Shown: positions 23,558-34,197 of the stretch, piece by piece
How positions within the stretch are numbered: position 1 is the first letter of the stretch
Layout of the letters: every line of letters begins with the position of its first letter
From: Octopus bimaculoides
Lineage: Eukaryota
Reading direction: 5' to 3'
NCBI RefSeq assembly: GCF_001194135.2
Contig: NC_068984.1
Location: 89,038,326-89,072,522 of the forward strand
DNA: 34,197 bases
Notes under the pieces: model-generated
What the model was told of the DNA's origin: nothing
What the model saw: the letters and a program-made list of their open reading frames with translations, nothing else
Database searches by the model: none
Made by a program: the position numbers and the translations under genes

Positions 23558-24472
23558 ATATATTATATATAATATATATGTATATTTTTATATATACANN
23601 NNNNNNNNNNNNNNNNNNNNNNNNNNNNNNNNNNNNNNNNNNNNNNNNNNNNNNNNNNNNNNNNNNNNNNNNNNNNNNNNNNNNNNNNNNNNNNNNNNNN
23701 NNNNNNNNNNNNNNNNNNNNNNNNNNNNNNNNNNNNNNNNNNNNNNNNNNNNNNNNNNNNNNNNNNNNNNNNNNNNNNNNNNNNNNNNNNNNNNNNNNNN
23801 NNNNNNNNNNNNNNNNNNNNNNNNNNNNNNNNNNNNNNNNNNNNNNNNNNNNNNNNNNNNNNNNNNNNNNNNNNNNNNNNNNNNNNNNNNNNNNNNNNNN
23901 NNNNNNNNNNNNNNNNNNNNNNNNNNNNNNNNNNNNNNNNNNNNNNNNNNNNNNNNNNNNNNNNNNNNNNNNNNNNNNNNNNNNNNNNNNNNNNNNNNNN
24001 NNNNNNNNNNNNNNNNNNNNNNNNNNNNNNNNNNNNNNNNNNNNNNNNNNNNNNNNNNNNNNNNNNNNNNNNNNNNNNNNNNNNNNNNNNNNNNNNNNNN
24101 NNNNNNNNNNNNNNNNNNNNNNNNNNNNNNNNNNNNNNNNNNNNNNNNNNNNNNNNNNNNNNNNNNNNNNNNNNNNNNNNNNNNNNNNNNNNNNNNNNNN
24201 NNNNNNNNNNNNNNNNNNNNNNNNNNNNNNNNNNNNNNNNNNNNNNNNNNNNNNNNNNNNNNNNNNNNNNNNNNNNNNNNNNNNNNNNNNNNNNNNNNNN
24301 NNNNNNNNNNNNNNNNNNNNNNNNNNNNNNNNNNNNNNNNNNNNNNNNNNNNNNNNNNNNNNNNNNNNNNNNNNNNNNNNNNNNNNNNNNNNNNNNNNNN
24401 NNNNNNNNNNNNNNNNNNNNNNNNNNNNNNNNNNNNNNNNNNNNNNNNNNNNNNNNNNNNNNNNNNNNNNNN

Positions 24473-24509
<37 letters not shown>

Positions 24510-25029
24510 CATACACATACACACGTGCGTGTGTGCTTCATATTTAATCACACGCACGTGAGTGCGAGTATGTGTAAATTGTGCCTGTACGTGTGCGTTA
24601 ATGTTTGATATGATTAGGCAATACTGAAAATTCAAAAGCGAAAACAGTTCTACTGTTGTCTTATGTAGACGCATAGACACACACACAGACACACAGTCAC
24701 ACACATATACACATGCACACATACGCGCATGTATTAACACACTCACACACACACGCGCGCATGTATAAACACTCACAAATACATATACACGCATATGCAC
24801 ATATAAAATACACACACATATATACACATATTTACCAATATACATATATGTATTTACGTATGTGTGTACGTATATATATATATACATATATATGTGCATG
24901 TGTGCATTTGTAACAACAAATGTACGACTACAATAACAAATTTCCCACAAAAAACTAAATGGATGAGACCCAGGAAGATTGAGTTATTTCCCCCTTTCCC
25001 CTGCTCCTTGCTTTGTAGTATTCAACAGA

Positions 25030-25154
25030 GGTCGCCACAAGAGGCGTAGCACTCCATTACCTCTCGAGTGTTTTAAGCTAAGTCGAAAGGAAATAGTCAC
25101 CCTGAAACGTTTTCTAATCTCTTCAGCGGTTTGGTTTTTTTTCGCTCGGTAAGT
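25030..25154 (+). other. Candidate non-coding first exon with a strong splice donor
   Basis: A non-repetitive, CpG-containing stretch ends in CG|GTAAGT (donor 25149-25154). No transcript evidence. Confidence 0.25.
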
Positions 25155-25294
25155 GTGCACTCACTTTATTTTGCTTTATCTCTCACTCCTTCTTTCTCGT
25201 CGCTACATATCCTTACCGCTTGTGCATATTCAAGGGTTTCCTGTCGGTGGGTGCTACTACCCTTCCCTACCCTTCAAATACACACATACATACT

Positions 25295-25329
<35 letters not shown>

Positions 25330-26363
25330 TCGTGTACCACACGGTCTGCTAGAAATAGTAGACTAATCTCTCGGATGAAACCCTACTGTCTCTAAATAGT
25401 AATAAAAATATATTGGCTGATGTAGTTATAGATATACTATGCGTAAAAAAAGCGGATGGGATAGTCATGGCTGGAATGGCTATGATTATGTATCCCTCTT
25501 CGATTGTCTGGGACTAAACTACTACTACAATAGATATAATATATATATATATAATACCGATTTGTAAGGGCTTGCCTATGCTAATTTTACAGCGTTGGCT
25601 CCGGATTCTATGTCTTACCCTGTCATGTTCGATGCTCCCTCTGTATTCAGGGGAAGGAAAATAAAAGAAGGAAGGAAGGAAGGAAGAATCGGGGGGAAAC
25701 AATGAACCTACCTCTTTTCTGTTTGCTGTTCTCACCCCACCCTATTTTGGTAGTACGGTCATTTTCTTGTTTGGCCTATGTTGAAGCTTACAACATACAA
25801 ACGTATAAGTGCGCGTGCACAAAAATACACTATATATATATAATTAATATTATATATTACATTATGTTGATTATGTGTGTAATTTTTTTTGTCTGACACA
25901 TACAACACAATTTCGTCTGTTTTTCTTTCTATCCTCAACCAACTGTCATTTATTCCAGCTCACCAATCCATTCTGGTTGCTTGTTTACCTTACTGACTTT
26001 TTCGCTCTACTCTAGATAGCTTCACTGCATGTTTGTTTTCTTTCGTTTGTTAGATATATGTATACATAATAAACATAAGCGCGCACACACAATTCTCTCT
26101 CTCTCTCTCTCTAGATACATACAAACATACAATGTATGTGTGTCTAAAACACTTGTACGAATTACACGCATGGATTCGAGTAATTGTTTACGTGCCTCTC
26201 CATCACACACGTGTAAGTGTGTGTGCCTGTGGATGTAAACATGTACATTAGAAAGTTGTATACGTACTACGTGCACATACGCATGCAGTTAATTTATTCT
26301 TAGATTTTTTTTTGTTCTTCTCTCAGCTACATGTCTACACGTACTTTCTATATGCTCACGAAA

Positions 26364-26399
<36 letters not shown>

Positions 26400-27433
26400 T
26401 ATATANNNNNNNNNNNNNNNNNNNNNNNNNNNNNNNNNNNNNNNNNNNNNNNNNNNNNNNNNNNNNNNNNNNNNNNNNNNNNNNNNNNNNNNNNNNNNNN
26501 NNNNNATATATATATTGAAATTGTTGCTGTGCTCCAGCATGAGATACATCGTAATAGTTATCAATTATAGAACAAATCATCATGTAGTTGAGATAGATCA
26601 GCGTATATAATATTCCTATCTCGTCATACTGTAATGTTATTTGTTGTCTTACAATATGTATTGAGTGTTGGATCGGTGTGGTTGGAGTTAGATATCTCTA
26701 ATACACTCGCCACTCAAAATATTCTCAAGATGTCTGTTTATCCGCGCTGTCAATTACTACGATTATTTACCAATACACGCATTTTTGGATTTTCCCATCA
26801 TCTCTGTCTATTAGCATCTAACTCATTAGAAGACAATGTAATCGCATGCGATGAAGAACAGATGAACAGTAATCAGCATTAGTTGTCTGTCATTTCTATT
26901 TATTTTTCATATAGCACAAATAAACAAAAACATTTAATTAGCTTGTCACCTGTTTTGGGGAAATTATTTTTTCAATTAACATGTATCTCTTGCAATATTC
27001 ATACTCGACGGAGTAATTAATGCTTGCGTCATTTTTCACATTCAAACTCGCACAAACACGTGCATGTCTGGTTATCTTCAAGTCCTCACAACAACTTATT
27101 GCTGAGAACTAGATTCTCAGCATCTTTGAAAAGAGTATTTTACTGCAATGATGGTTGATGCCTCCTTAAAACATTCTTTACATCTCTCGTCTCATTTTAG
27201 TTCTTGTCCTCTGAATCTATATATTCGTCGACCGTAATGTGCGTGTGTGTGTATCGACTTCTGGAAATCTCATTTTGTTGATTGTTAACCCCTTCCTTGA
27301 CGCATAACTATTATCTTTTCCATCCTTTCATTCCTCCTTGTATTTCATAGAACTATACTATATATTACTGCATATAGATATTTTCGATTTCTTCACTATA
27401 AAACATCTATATCTTCTACCCATTATTTGTTTA

Positions 27434-27470
<37 letters not shown>

Positions 27471-28648
27471 ATATATNNNNNNNNNNNNNNNNNNNNNNNN
27501 NNNNNNNNNNNNNNNNNNNNNNNNNNNNNNNNNNNNNNNNNNNNNNNNNNNNNNNNNNNNNNNNNNNNNNNNNNNNNNNNNNNNNNNNNNNNNNNNNNNN
27601 NNNNNNNNNNNNNNNNNNNNNNNNNNNNNNNNNNNNNNNNNNNNNNNNNNNNNNNNNNNNNNNNNNNNNNNNNNNNTATATATATATATATATATTATCG
27701 TGCATATATTCATACACACGCGCACACAGCTTATATTCTGAGGTGGGGGAGAATTATTTTTCTTTATACATAAAACATTTAAACCTTTATTTCAACATTC
27801 TATTTAAATTCGAAATATACGTTTTGGAAACTTAGTCAAAATACTGGTTCACTGTGTATAAAGGTGCGTGTAACCATGTCGAAATATTCATTTCTGTCGA
27901 TCTTTGAAGGGTATTTTAAATTTTCAAATATTATTAATTAGAATTCTTAACTCTCAAGGTTTTCTCGTACTATTTTACTCATTCTGTCATACATAGATCT
28001 TCAAATGATAATTCGAAATTTTTGGCTGTTTTATAATAGACAAATTATTAAATTTTTAGATTCGCTGCTAATATATAGCAAATAAAATGGGCATTCCTAA
28101 CGCTCTATTTATTTTTTAGTAGTAACGAAGAAGAGGCATGTAGAGCTACATAATTTCAAAGATTTGTATACGCACATTTCTACGCGTATATAAATATGTG
28201 TGTGTGTGCATGATATATGTCTGTGTGTATATATAAATATATATTACCTGAACAATTAGTTCTATTCTCTAAGCACTAACAAGACGACGGTGAAAATATT
28301 AAAGTCGCTTGTCTATCATCGGAATGCCTGTCTTTCCTCAGTCTCTTACGTGAGACATCGAGACATGACACATCTTCCACTCGATACCGGATACCTAACC
28401 GATCAGTTTCCTTTACTCTTTCGCCTATTATCTTTTATTATTTCCACACAACTGCTTTCTTTTCTTTCTTCACTCATACACACCGTGTGTGTGTGTGTGT
28501 GTGTAGAATTCCCCTTTGTCCTTACGCTTCTCTCTTAGCCGTACTCTTACGTGATTCATTGTTGAGTTAGTAAAACATATTCTTCACCTGGCCGTCAGTT
28601 TGCATTCTAACACTTTTCGCGCTTTTGTTCCTTCGCTCAACGAAACAG

Positions 28649-28789
28649 ATGTGCTTATATATATGTTGTTGCTATACATGCCCGTCCAAGAGAGTCAATT
28701 TACAAAACCGGCAACGACTTGATGAAAATGGAAATTAATAGTTCAGGATCAAATAGCGTCGGGTCCTACTTTTTCTCAGATAACGAAAG
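28649..28789 (+). other. Candidate 141-bp exon
   Basis: A pyrimidine-rich stretch precedes CAG| at 28648, and AAG|GTATAC follows 28789. The frame CAYIYVVAIHARPRESIYKTGNDLMKMEINSSGSNSVGSYFFSDNE is open throughout (stop-free from 28611 to about 28882). No recognised homology. Confidence 0.25.
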
Positions 28790-28873
28790 GTATACCACTA
28801 TTAAACTGGAGACCATACAATCGCGTCTGTCAAACCTCCTTTCAGTATTTTGTGGACTGGTTACTATGAGAAT

Positions 28874-29036
28874 GATGGGTTGGTAGAATCGTTTGCGAGC
28901 CGCGTAAAATACCTTACAGTATTTCTCCCTTTTTCTGTGTTCAAATCCAACCGAGGTCAACTTCCCTTTTCATCCATCCAGAGTCGATATAATCGACTGT
29001 CCCCACCCCAAAATTTCTGGTTTTGCCTCTCTGTTA
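28874..29036 (+). mobile_element. Degenerate SINE family A
   Basis: Reads tggtagaatcgtt..gtgttcaaatccaaccgaggtcaacttccctttcatcc..gtcgatataatcgact. Confidence 0.75.
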
Positions 29037-29224
29037 ATAGCAATTATGATTTACATTGACAATACATCACCCAAATATAACAATAGCTGAGAGAGATGGG
29101 TTTACCAGTCAATATACTGGAATGAAACAGACATAAAACAATAGATATATATTTATTAAGTCGGCAGCCAATTTCTACTCTCAGTCTTCAACTATCTCAT
29201 CCGCATCTACTGTAATGCATTATA

Positions 29225-29325
29225 GGAATATAAATCGACTCCAGTATTTGTCTTGAACTTTATTTTGTCGATCCCAGACGACTGACAGTTAACCTCGGCG
29301 AGATTTGAACTCAACAACATACACC
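29225..29325 (-). mobile_element. Partial SINE family A
   Basis: Reads atcgactccagt..ttttgtcgatccc..aacctcggcgagatttgaactca. Confidence 0.6.
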
Positions 29326-30152
29326 AAGGCATATTCTCCGATCTTTATTTGTAAATTTAGCTTTGTGATAGACCAAATTTAAAGATAAATAATGAGATGC
29401 CATTATCTCTTATATGGCGTTCTCCCGGTTTCCATAATGAATTGTGATTGTAACTCATATATGGCTAATAGCTTTGAGAGAGGCATGAGCGACACAACTT
29501 CCCGTTTATTTTTACTGGTTTGGTTAAAAGTAATAATTTGTAACCTATCTGGACTACTTTCAACTTAAAAAAATAAATCTCTTCAGAGTTGATAAAATGA
29601 GTATTATTATCACAAGTTCTCGAAAATTGTGTCAATTCAAACCACTACCTATTTTCATACACCGGGCCACACTTAACTTCTTGAAGTTCTTGTCAGCATA
29701 CATACATCATGTTTGTCTAGTCCAGCACCCGGCTGTTGTTGAAGTATATGAATATTAAAGACAGCGTACCTACATTTGAGTGGCTACAGAGTTAGATGAT
29801 GTATGTCTATAAAATCTTTTTCATTAATATACAGTTAGCGTATAAGTAGAGCGGACCGGGTCTATTTTTAAATACACTACCCGAAGAAGTTCTTTGTGTA
29901 AATATGATACGTGTGTAAATGTTGTTTCATAATTATTTACACGTGTTTTATTTTTTCCTCCTTTTCTTTCATATCTTCGACTAAAGGTTGTCGTCGCACT
30001 TTTTTTTGCTCCACTAAATTTACTTTTTATTTATTTATTTATTTTTTTGCCGTTGTTTCTCCTGTATCTCCTTCCTCACAACATCGACAAAATCTTGAAA
30101 TGCCTGTTTATTCTTACATACCAATATATATGTATCTATCTCATATATATAT

Positions 30153-30202
<50 letters not shown>

Positions 30203-30206
<4 letters not shown>

Positions 30207-30335
30207 AGAATTCACGAAAAAACAAAAGACGAAGACAGGTGGTGTAGAAAACAAACAGATGTATTAGTATAACGCTCGGGAATTGAAAACGTCTTTAACG
30301 TTTCGAGCCTACGATCTTCCACAGAAAGAAACAAG
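30203..30335 (-). mobile_element. Short repeat resembling a Penelope-like terminal (pseudo-LTR) fragment, abutting (TA)n
   Basis: The minus strand carries ctgtggaagatcgtaggctcgaaacgtt, in the style of the CTG..GA..CGAAACG signature of PLE termini. Confidence 0.4.
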
Positions 30336-31337
30336 GAGAGAAAAAAAAATGTATGTATAGTGGTTAGCGATCTATCATGACGAATGCCGGACAGAAGAGT
30401 CACACAGGAGAGCTACACATACCCACTTTAGCTTGTCCTGTTCTTTCCCATTACATATCCATGTTTTTCATTTAAGTTGGTGTTAAGTGCGGTTCGAAGC
30501 ACGCGTGTCATTTACTATCATCAACTAAATTTCTTTGGTTCATGTGTTGCAAACAACTAACGATTTCTCTTTCGATGCACAAAAGGCTCTTTTTATTAAA
30601 AGCTAGAGAATAGTTGGATTGGGTCAGTATATTACAGGTATTTATTTTACAGACTCTAGCAGCTTCCAAGCAGGGCACTACGAACTATGGTGTCCTACTA
30701 AAATAGCGTTTTTCAACTTCCCATTGTATTAAAAACACCGTTATCAAAACATGAAGTTTGGTATTGTTAGATGTCTCAGTATCTATGCAGGTAGATAGCA
30801 TTATTTCATTACACTGTTATTATTGACAACAACCGTTCAAGGTAACACAACTATAAACCACATTACAAGCTCATGTATAAACATACATATCTATACAACC
30901 AATATTGTGGATTGTGGAGTGATATAAAACAATTTCACAGTTCATTTCGCCAATATCAAATAAGGTGCATGTTTCATTGCTGTTGTTCAGCAAATCAAAG
31001 GTATTCAAGTCGTGACCATCCCGTCTTTTGATGTAACATATGCTGAATTTTGTTCGATATATCGTCATATTAGGATGCTACTTCAAGAAAGTATAGCAAC
31101 CGCGTTTGCTAACTTTTGTTTTAAAAGCTAAAAATCTATCGTTGTGTAGATCAGTTCAATGCTTTTAAACACTATGATGATGTTTGTTATAAACTGAAAT
31201 CTCTTCTGCATTTGTTTATTATATTTTAGTGTTTCTGTAATTGTCTGCTGCACATTGATATAACTTCTGCATTTACTTTCTGCATATCAGAACTGTCTTA
31301 GCAGCATTATAGAGAATGAACTTGGTCCTATATTATC

Positions 31338-31590
31338 ATCATTTAACGTCCATTTTCCATGCTGACATGGGTTAGACGGTTTGACCGGAGCTGGTAAGGT
31401 CGGAGGTCGCATCAGGCTCCATTGACTGTTCTGACATGGTTTCTGCGGCTGGATGGCCTTCCGAACACCAATCACTCCACAGAGTAGCACCAGCACCAGT
31501 GCTTTTTTTATGTAGCTCCAGCATCGGTATCAATTCTGCTGTGGTGGACAGGTCTTCTTGAGTGCAGCAAGGCACCAGTAGTTATTTATT
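31338..31590 (-). mobile_element. Interspersed SINE-like repeat
   Basis: Contains ccattttccatgctgacatgggtt and tttctgcggctggatggccttccgaacaccaatcac, a variant of the GGATGCCCTTCC motif I recall from invertebrate SINEs. Family not verified. Confidence 0.55.
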
Positions 31591-31699
31591 GATTCCCAGC
31601 AACTGCATATATGCATTAGGATTGAGCCCCAAGACTTGTATGGACCCCTGGACAACTGTTCAGTGTCGGCGCAGCTGCACATTGATGTCATTCGCATTC

Positions 31700-31940
31700 A
31701 TCTACAATACGTTCGTATGATTTCTGAATTTGCCCACTATTGTACAATAATGTGGCTTTTGCACATATCTGTTCTTACACCTCTCTATAGCTTTTACTAC
31801 ACATCGGCGACAATTTAGGGGATTCTTAGGTGCCTTAGCACGGAGTAATTTTGTTGCAAGTATTTGAATCGGAAAACTGTGGTTCTTTCTCTCCCTACAT
31901 TTTCCTGCAGACATTCAGGCTGCACATCGATTGCAACAAT
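31700..31940 (-). pseudogene. Possible piggyBac-like C-terminal Cys-rich remnant
   Basis: HSFPIQI.AT....P..RRCVV and, in an adjacent frame, RGVRTDMCK loosely fit HFP..I..T....RRC.VC...G.R..T.Y.C. Heavily decayed. Confidence 0.3.
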
Positions 31941-32214
31941 CAATCACACCAATTGAGAAGGCCTGCAAATATCATGGGGTCCATCCCTCTCCCCTAACCA
32001 ACCAATAAAAATATGATTTGTGCACTTACTTCCCACTTAACATTAATATGACGTTGCCCTTCTCTTGATGTTAGACGTCAGTCTTCTGCATTCGCATGTT
32101 ACTACACACCCTTGTGATTTCTCTATACAGATCTATTCTTTTGCTTCTCTTCATAACTAGATTCTCTTCAGAGCTCCTCCATTGATAGAACTTTCACACA
32201 CACACACCGTTCGT

Positions 32215-32350
32215 TTTTATTACCTCCGCCTTCGCCAAGGCGGAGCTATTGTTTCTAGTCGCGTTTGTTTGTTTGTTCGTGAACAAGATATCTCAAAATC
32301 CGCTGAATGGATTCGAATGAAACTTTCAGGGATGTTTGGCCTCCTGACTG
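32215..32350 (+). mobile_element. Helentron-associated non-autonomous element (HINE/DINE-like) fragment
   Basis: Starts ttattacctccgcc, with a 9-bp hairpin CTCCGCCTT-cgcc-AAGGCGGAG (32224-32245), then GTTT repeats and caagatatctcaaaa..ggattcgaatgaaactt. This is the layout I associate with Helentron-derived repeats. Confidence 0.55.
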
Positions 32351-32429
32351 GAGGTTTCATTTTTAGTAGTCTCGTTTGTGAGAGCAGTCTAGTTTATTTC
32401 AGATATTTCAGTTTATTTTAAAAATCATC

Positions 32430-33415
32430 TCTGGCTAATCGTTTAGAGGACATTGGTGTCTCAGAGTAACAACTTGTTTGTTTGAGTCTCGTCAATGTTG
32501 ACCACGGTTGGATTGTTGAGGGCTTTCTCTTTGAGATTGTCCATTCCACCACTATTCTACGCTCTGACAAGGTAGCGCTGCTGCCCACGTATAGAGGCAA
32601 GCGCAGTGTTCGGATTCGAATGGGAAGAGTGACACCAGAAATAAAGACAGAGTAACCACTCTTCGGTGGCAGCTATTCTGGCTGCCACCGAAGAGAATCC
32701 CGAATTGGGACCAGTGGGAAGAACGAGCATGTTAAACTGGTGGGGATGCAGTGTCTAGATGTGACTTTTTGCCACTTTCGAATACATTGAGAGGATCCCC
32801 TACCAGATAGAGATCGCGGGAGAAAGTTCCTTCAAATTGTTGAGGGTCGTCGACCGAATTGTTACGAATGCGGAGTGAGAGGCCGTATGAGGACGCAGTG
32901 CCCCAAGCACAAGCCTGCTCAGAGTGAGAAGACTGTGGAAAAAGACCAAGAAGTGGAAATTGGAGAAAAAATTGAAACAATGAAAGACGGAGATGGTAAA
33001 AGTAATACAAAGTGCGTTAGAGATGCAGAAGAAGTAAAGATGGAACGAAAACTGCAAAGGAGAGGAGTGACGGGTTTGTTGTCCCCAAAAGGAGTAAGAA
33101 GGCGAAATTAAGAGAACATTCGCAAGGACCAGCAGCAGAAACAGAGAGGACGCCCCACAAAAAGGCAGGGAGCCGCCTAAACTCAAGCATACAGTAGAGA
33201 CGGAACCAAGAGAGAAAGAATTTAAACATAAGGTAGTCTTAGTCTACTGCGTAAAGAGTGTAGAGGTAGAAAGGAGAATAGCCAAGTGGAAGGGACTAGT
33301 AAAAAAGTAAAGCTGCCCAGAGAGAAATTCAAGGAGAATGAAAGGTGTGTTCTATTGAATGACGAAAGATACGACGTGCTCATGAATTCATATCGTGAAT
33401 TGGTGACTGATTGAC
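32430..33415 (+). pseudogene. L1/Tx1-type LINE ORF1 remnant with zinc knuckle
   Basis: Pieces: LLPTYRGKRSVRIRMGRVTPEIKTE / VAAILAATEEN; IVEGRRPN-CYECGVRGRMRTQC (32860-32901, CCHC with His replaced by Arg); then a charged low-complexity tail to YRELVTD*. Several frameshifts. Confidence 0.7.
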
Positions 33416-33439
33416 GGAAATTAATAGGATGAATGAGCA

Positions 33440-34197
33440 ATTTTAAGAATACAAAATAAAATACAAATGTATGATTAACAAAATGAAGCGGAGGACGTGG
33501 TTGACCCCGCAAACCACTTTCTCACACCGAAGACTTTGTTTTTCCTTTTTATGCTCTCGCTTAAACAGGTTCTTTCACTCTCGACATACTTGCCACAGGC
33601 TTCCATCTTTTACGAAACACACTTTGCCCGACTGAGAGAGAAGCACGAGGGCCTGACGACACTCTGCATGCCACGCGCCCAAACTCGCTCTACGCTTAAT
33701 CCATGGGTCCAATTCAGTAAAGGATATGAACCTTGGAAATAACAGCTTGACGAACGGAGACCACACCTGTTCACCGTCCAGATAAAGCCAGAAATGCCTA
33801 AGCCTCCGCGCATGTCTGCGCATTTTTAACCACGGCATCCTTAGCCCACCCTTCAGCGGTTTTTGGCAACAGATAGAGCGCCTTACCAGAGGTCCCCTGC
33901 TCCTCCACAAAAAGCGGAAGAGCATGCGTTCTAACTTGTTCAGCCACGAATCAGGACAAGGGATGATGATCAGGCGGTAGGTAATCACAAATGCGATAAA
34001 CACCTCTGCGACCTCCGCCCTCCCTTTCAGGGACAGCTTCCGCTCAGACCAGGTTTGAGTTAGGAGAGCAACCCCGCCCGCCACCTCGCTCCACTTCTTC
34101 TCTATCTAAAAATCCGGACCTAACCAGATTCCAAGCATTTTCACCGGACCGTCTGTTCAACGTCCCACGACGCTGTCGGACAGCATCGACTTTCCCC
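33440..34197 (-). mobile_element. L1/Tx1-type LINE ORF2, post-RT region and probable 3' end; continues beyond the window
   Basis: Reads VKMLGIWLGPDF*IEKKWSEV..WSERKLSLKGRAEV..LERMLFRFLW..LVRRSICCQKPLKGGLRMP, matching the L1/Tx1 pattern YLG..W..R.LSL.GR..F.FLW..P...GGLG.P. Confidence 0.88.

Noticed and set aside
25032-25048. CTCF-like motif TCGCCACAAGAGGCGTA
   Set aside because: It is one base short in the core relative to CCASYAGRKGGCR.
27100-27122. 9-bp hairpin TGCTGAGAA-ctaga-TTCTCAGCA
   Set aside because: It is isolated, has no associated element end, and a stem of this length is plausible by chance in 34 kb.
30871-31068. 65-aa minus-strand ORF with faint PIF1-like wording (IPL/DLLNN..TC)
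   Set aside because: No neighbouring helicase motifs can be recovered, flanking frames contain stops, and there are no clear splice sites. Not supportable without a search.

Overview
This is AT-rich animal genomic DNA with 10 assembly gaps, most of them abutting (TA)n or (CA)n tracts. The tRNA-derived SINEs and microsatellite load suggest an octopus or other coleoid cephalopod; that is inferred from repeat recognition, not a search. I found no intact protein-coding gene. The window is mostly decayed mobile elements: about 10 copies of one tRNA-SINE plus other SINEs; an R4/Dong-like retrotransposon 3' end in a (CATA)n array; two DD37D (maT)-type and two mariner-type remnants, one with both TIRs and a nested SINE; a Penelope-like RT; a Ty3/Gypsy gag-protease-RT joined to a Helitron PIF1 C-terminus; L1/Tx1 ORF1 and ORF2 fragments facing each other; and weaker pogo, I/Nimb, piggyBac and Helentron-like pieces. 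The best leads are the (CATA)n-bounded cassette array with an unexplained open frame (4450-5510), a probable template-switch hairpin in LINE ORF1 (32650-32695), a fold-back SINE pair (3780-4215) and an outward-facing telomeric palindrome (26-76). I cannot demonstrate a new biological system from the sequence alone.
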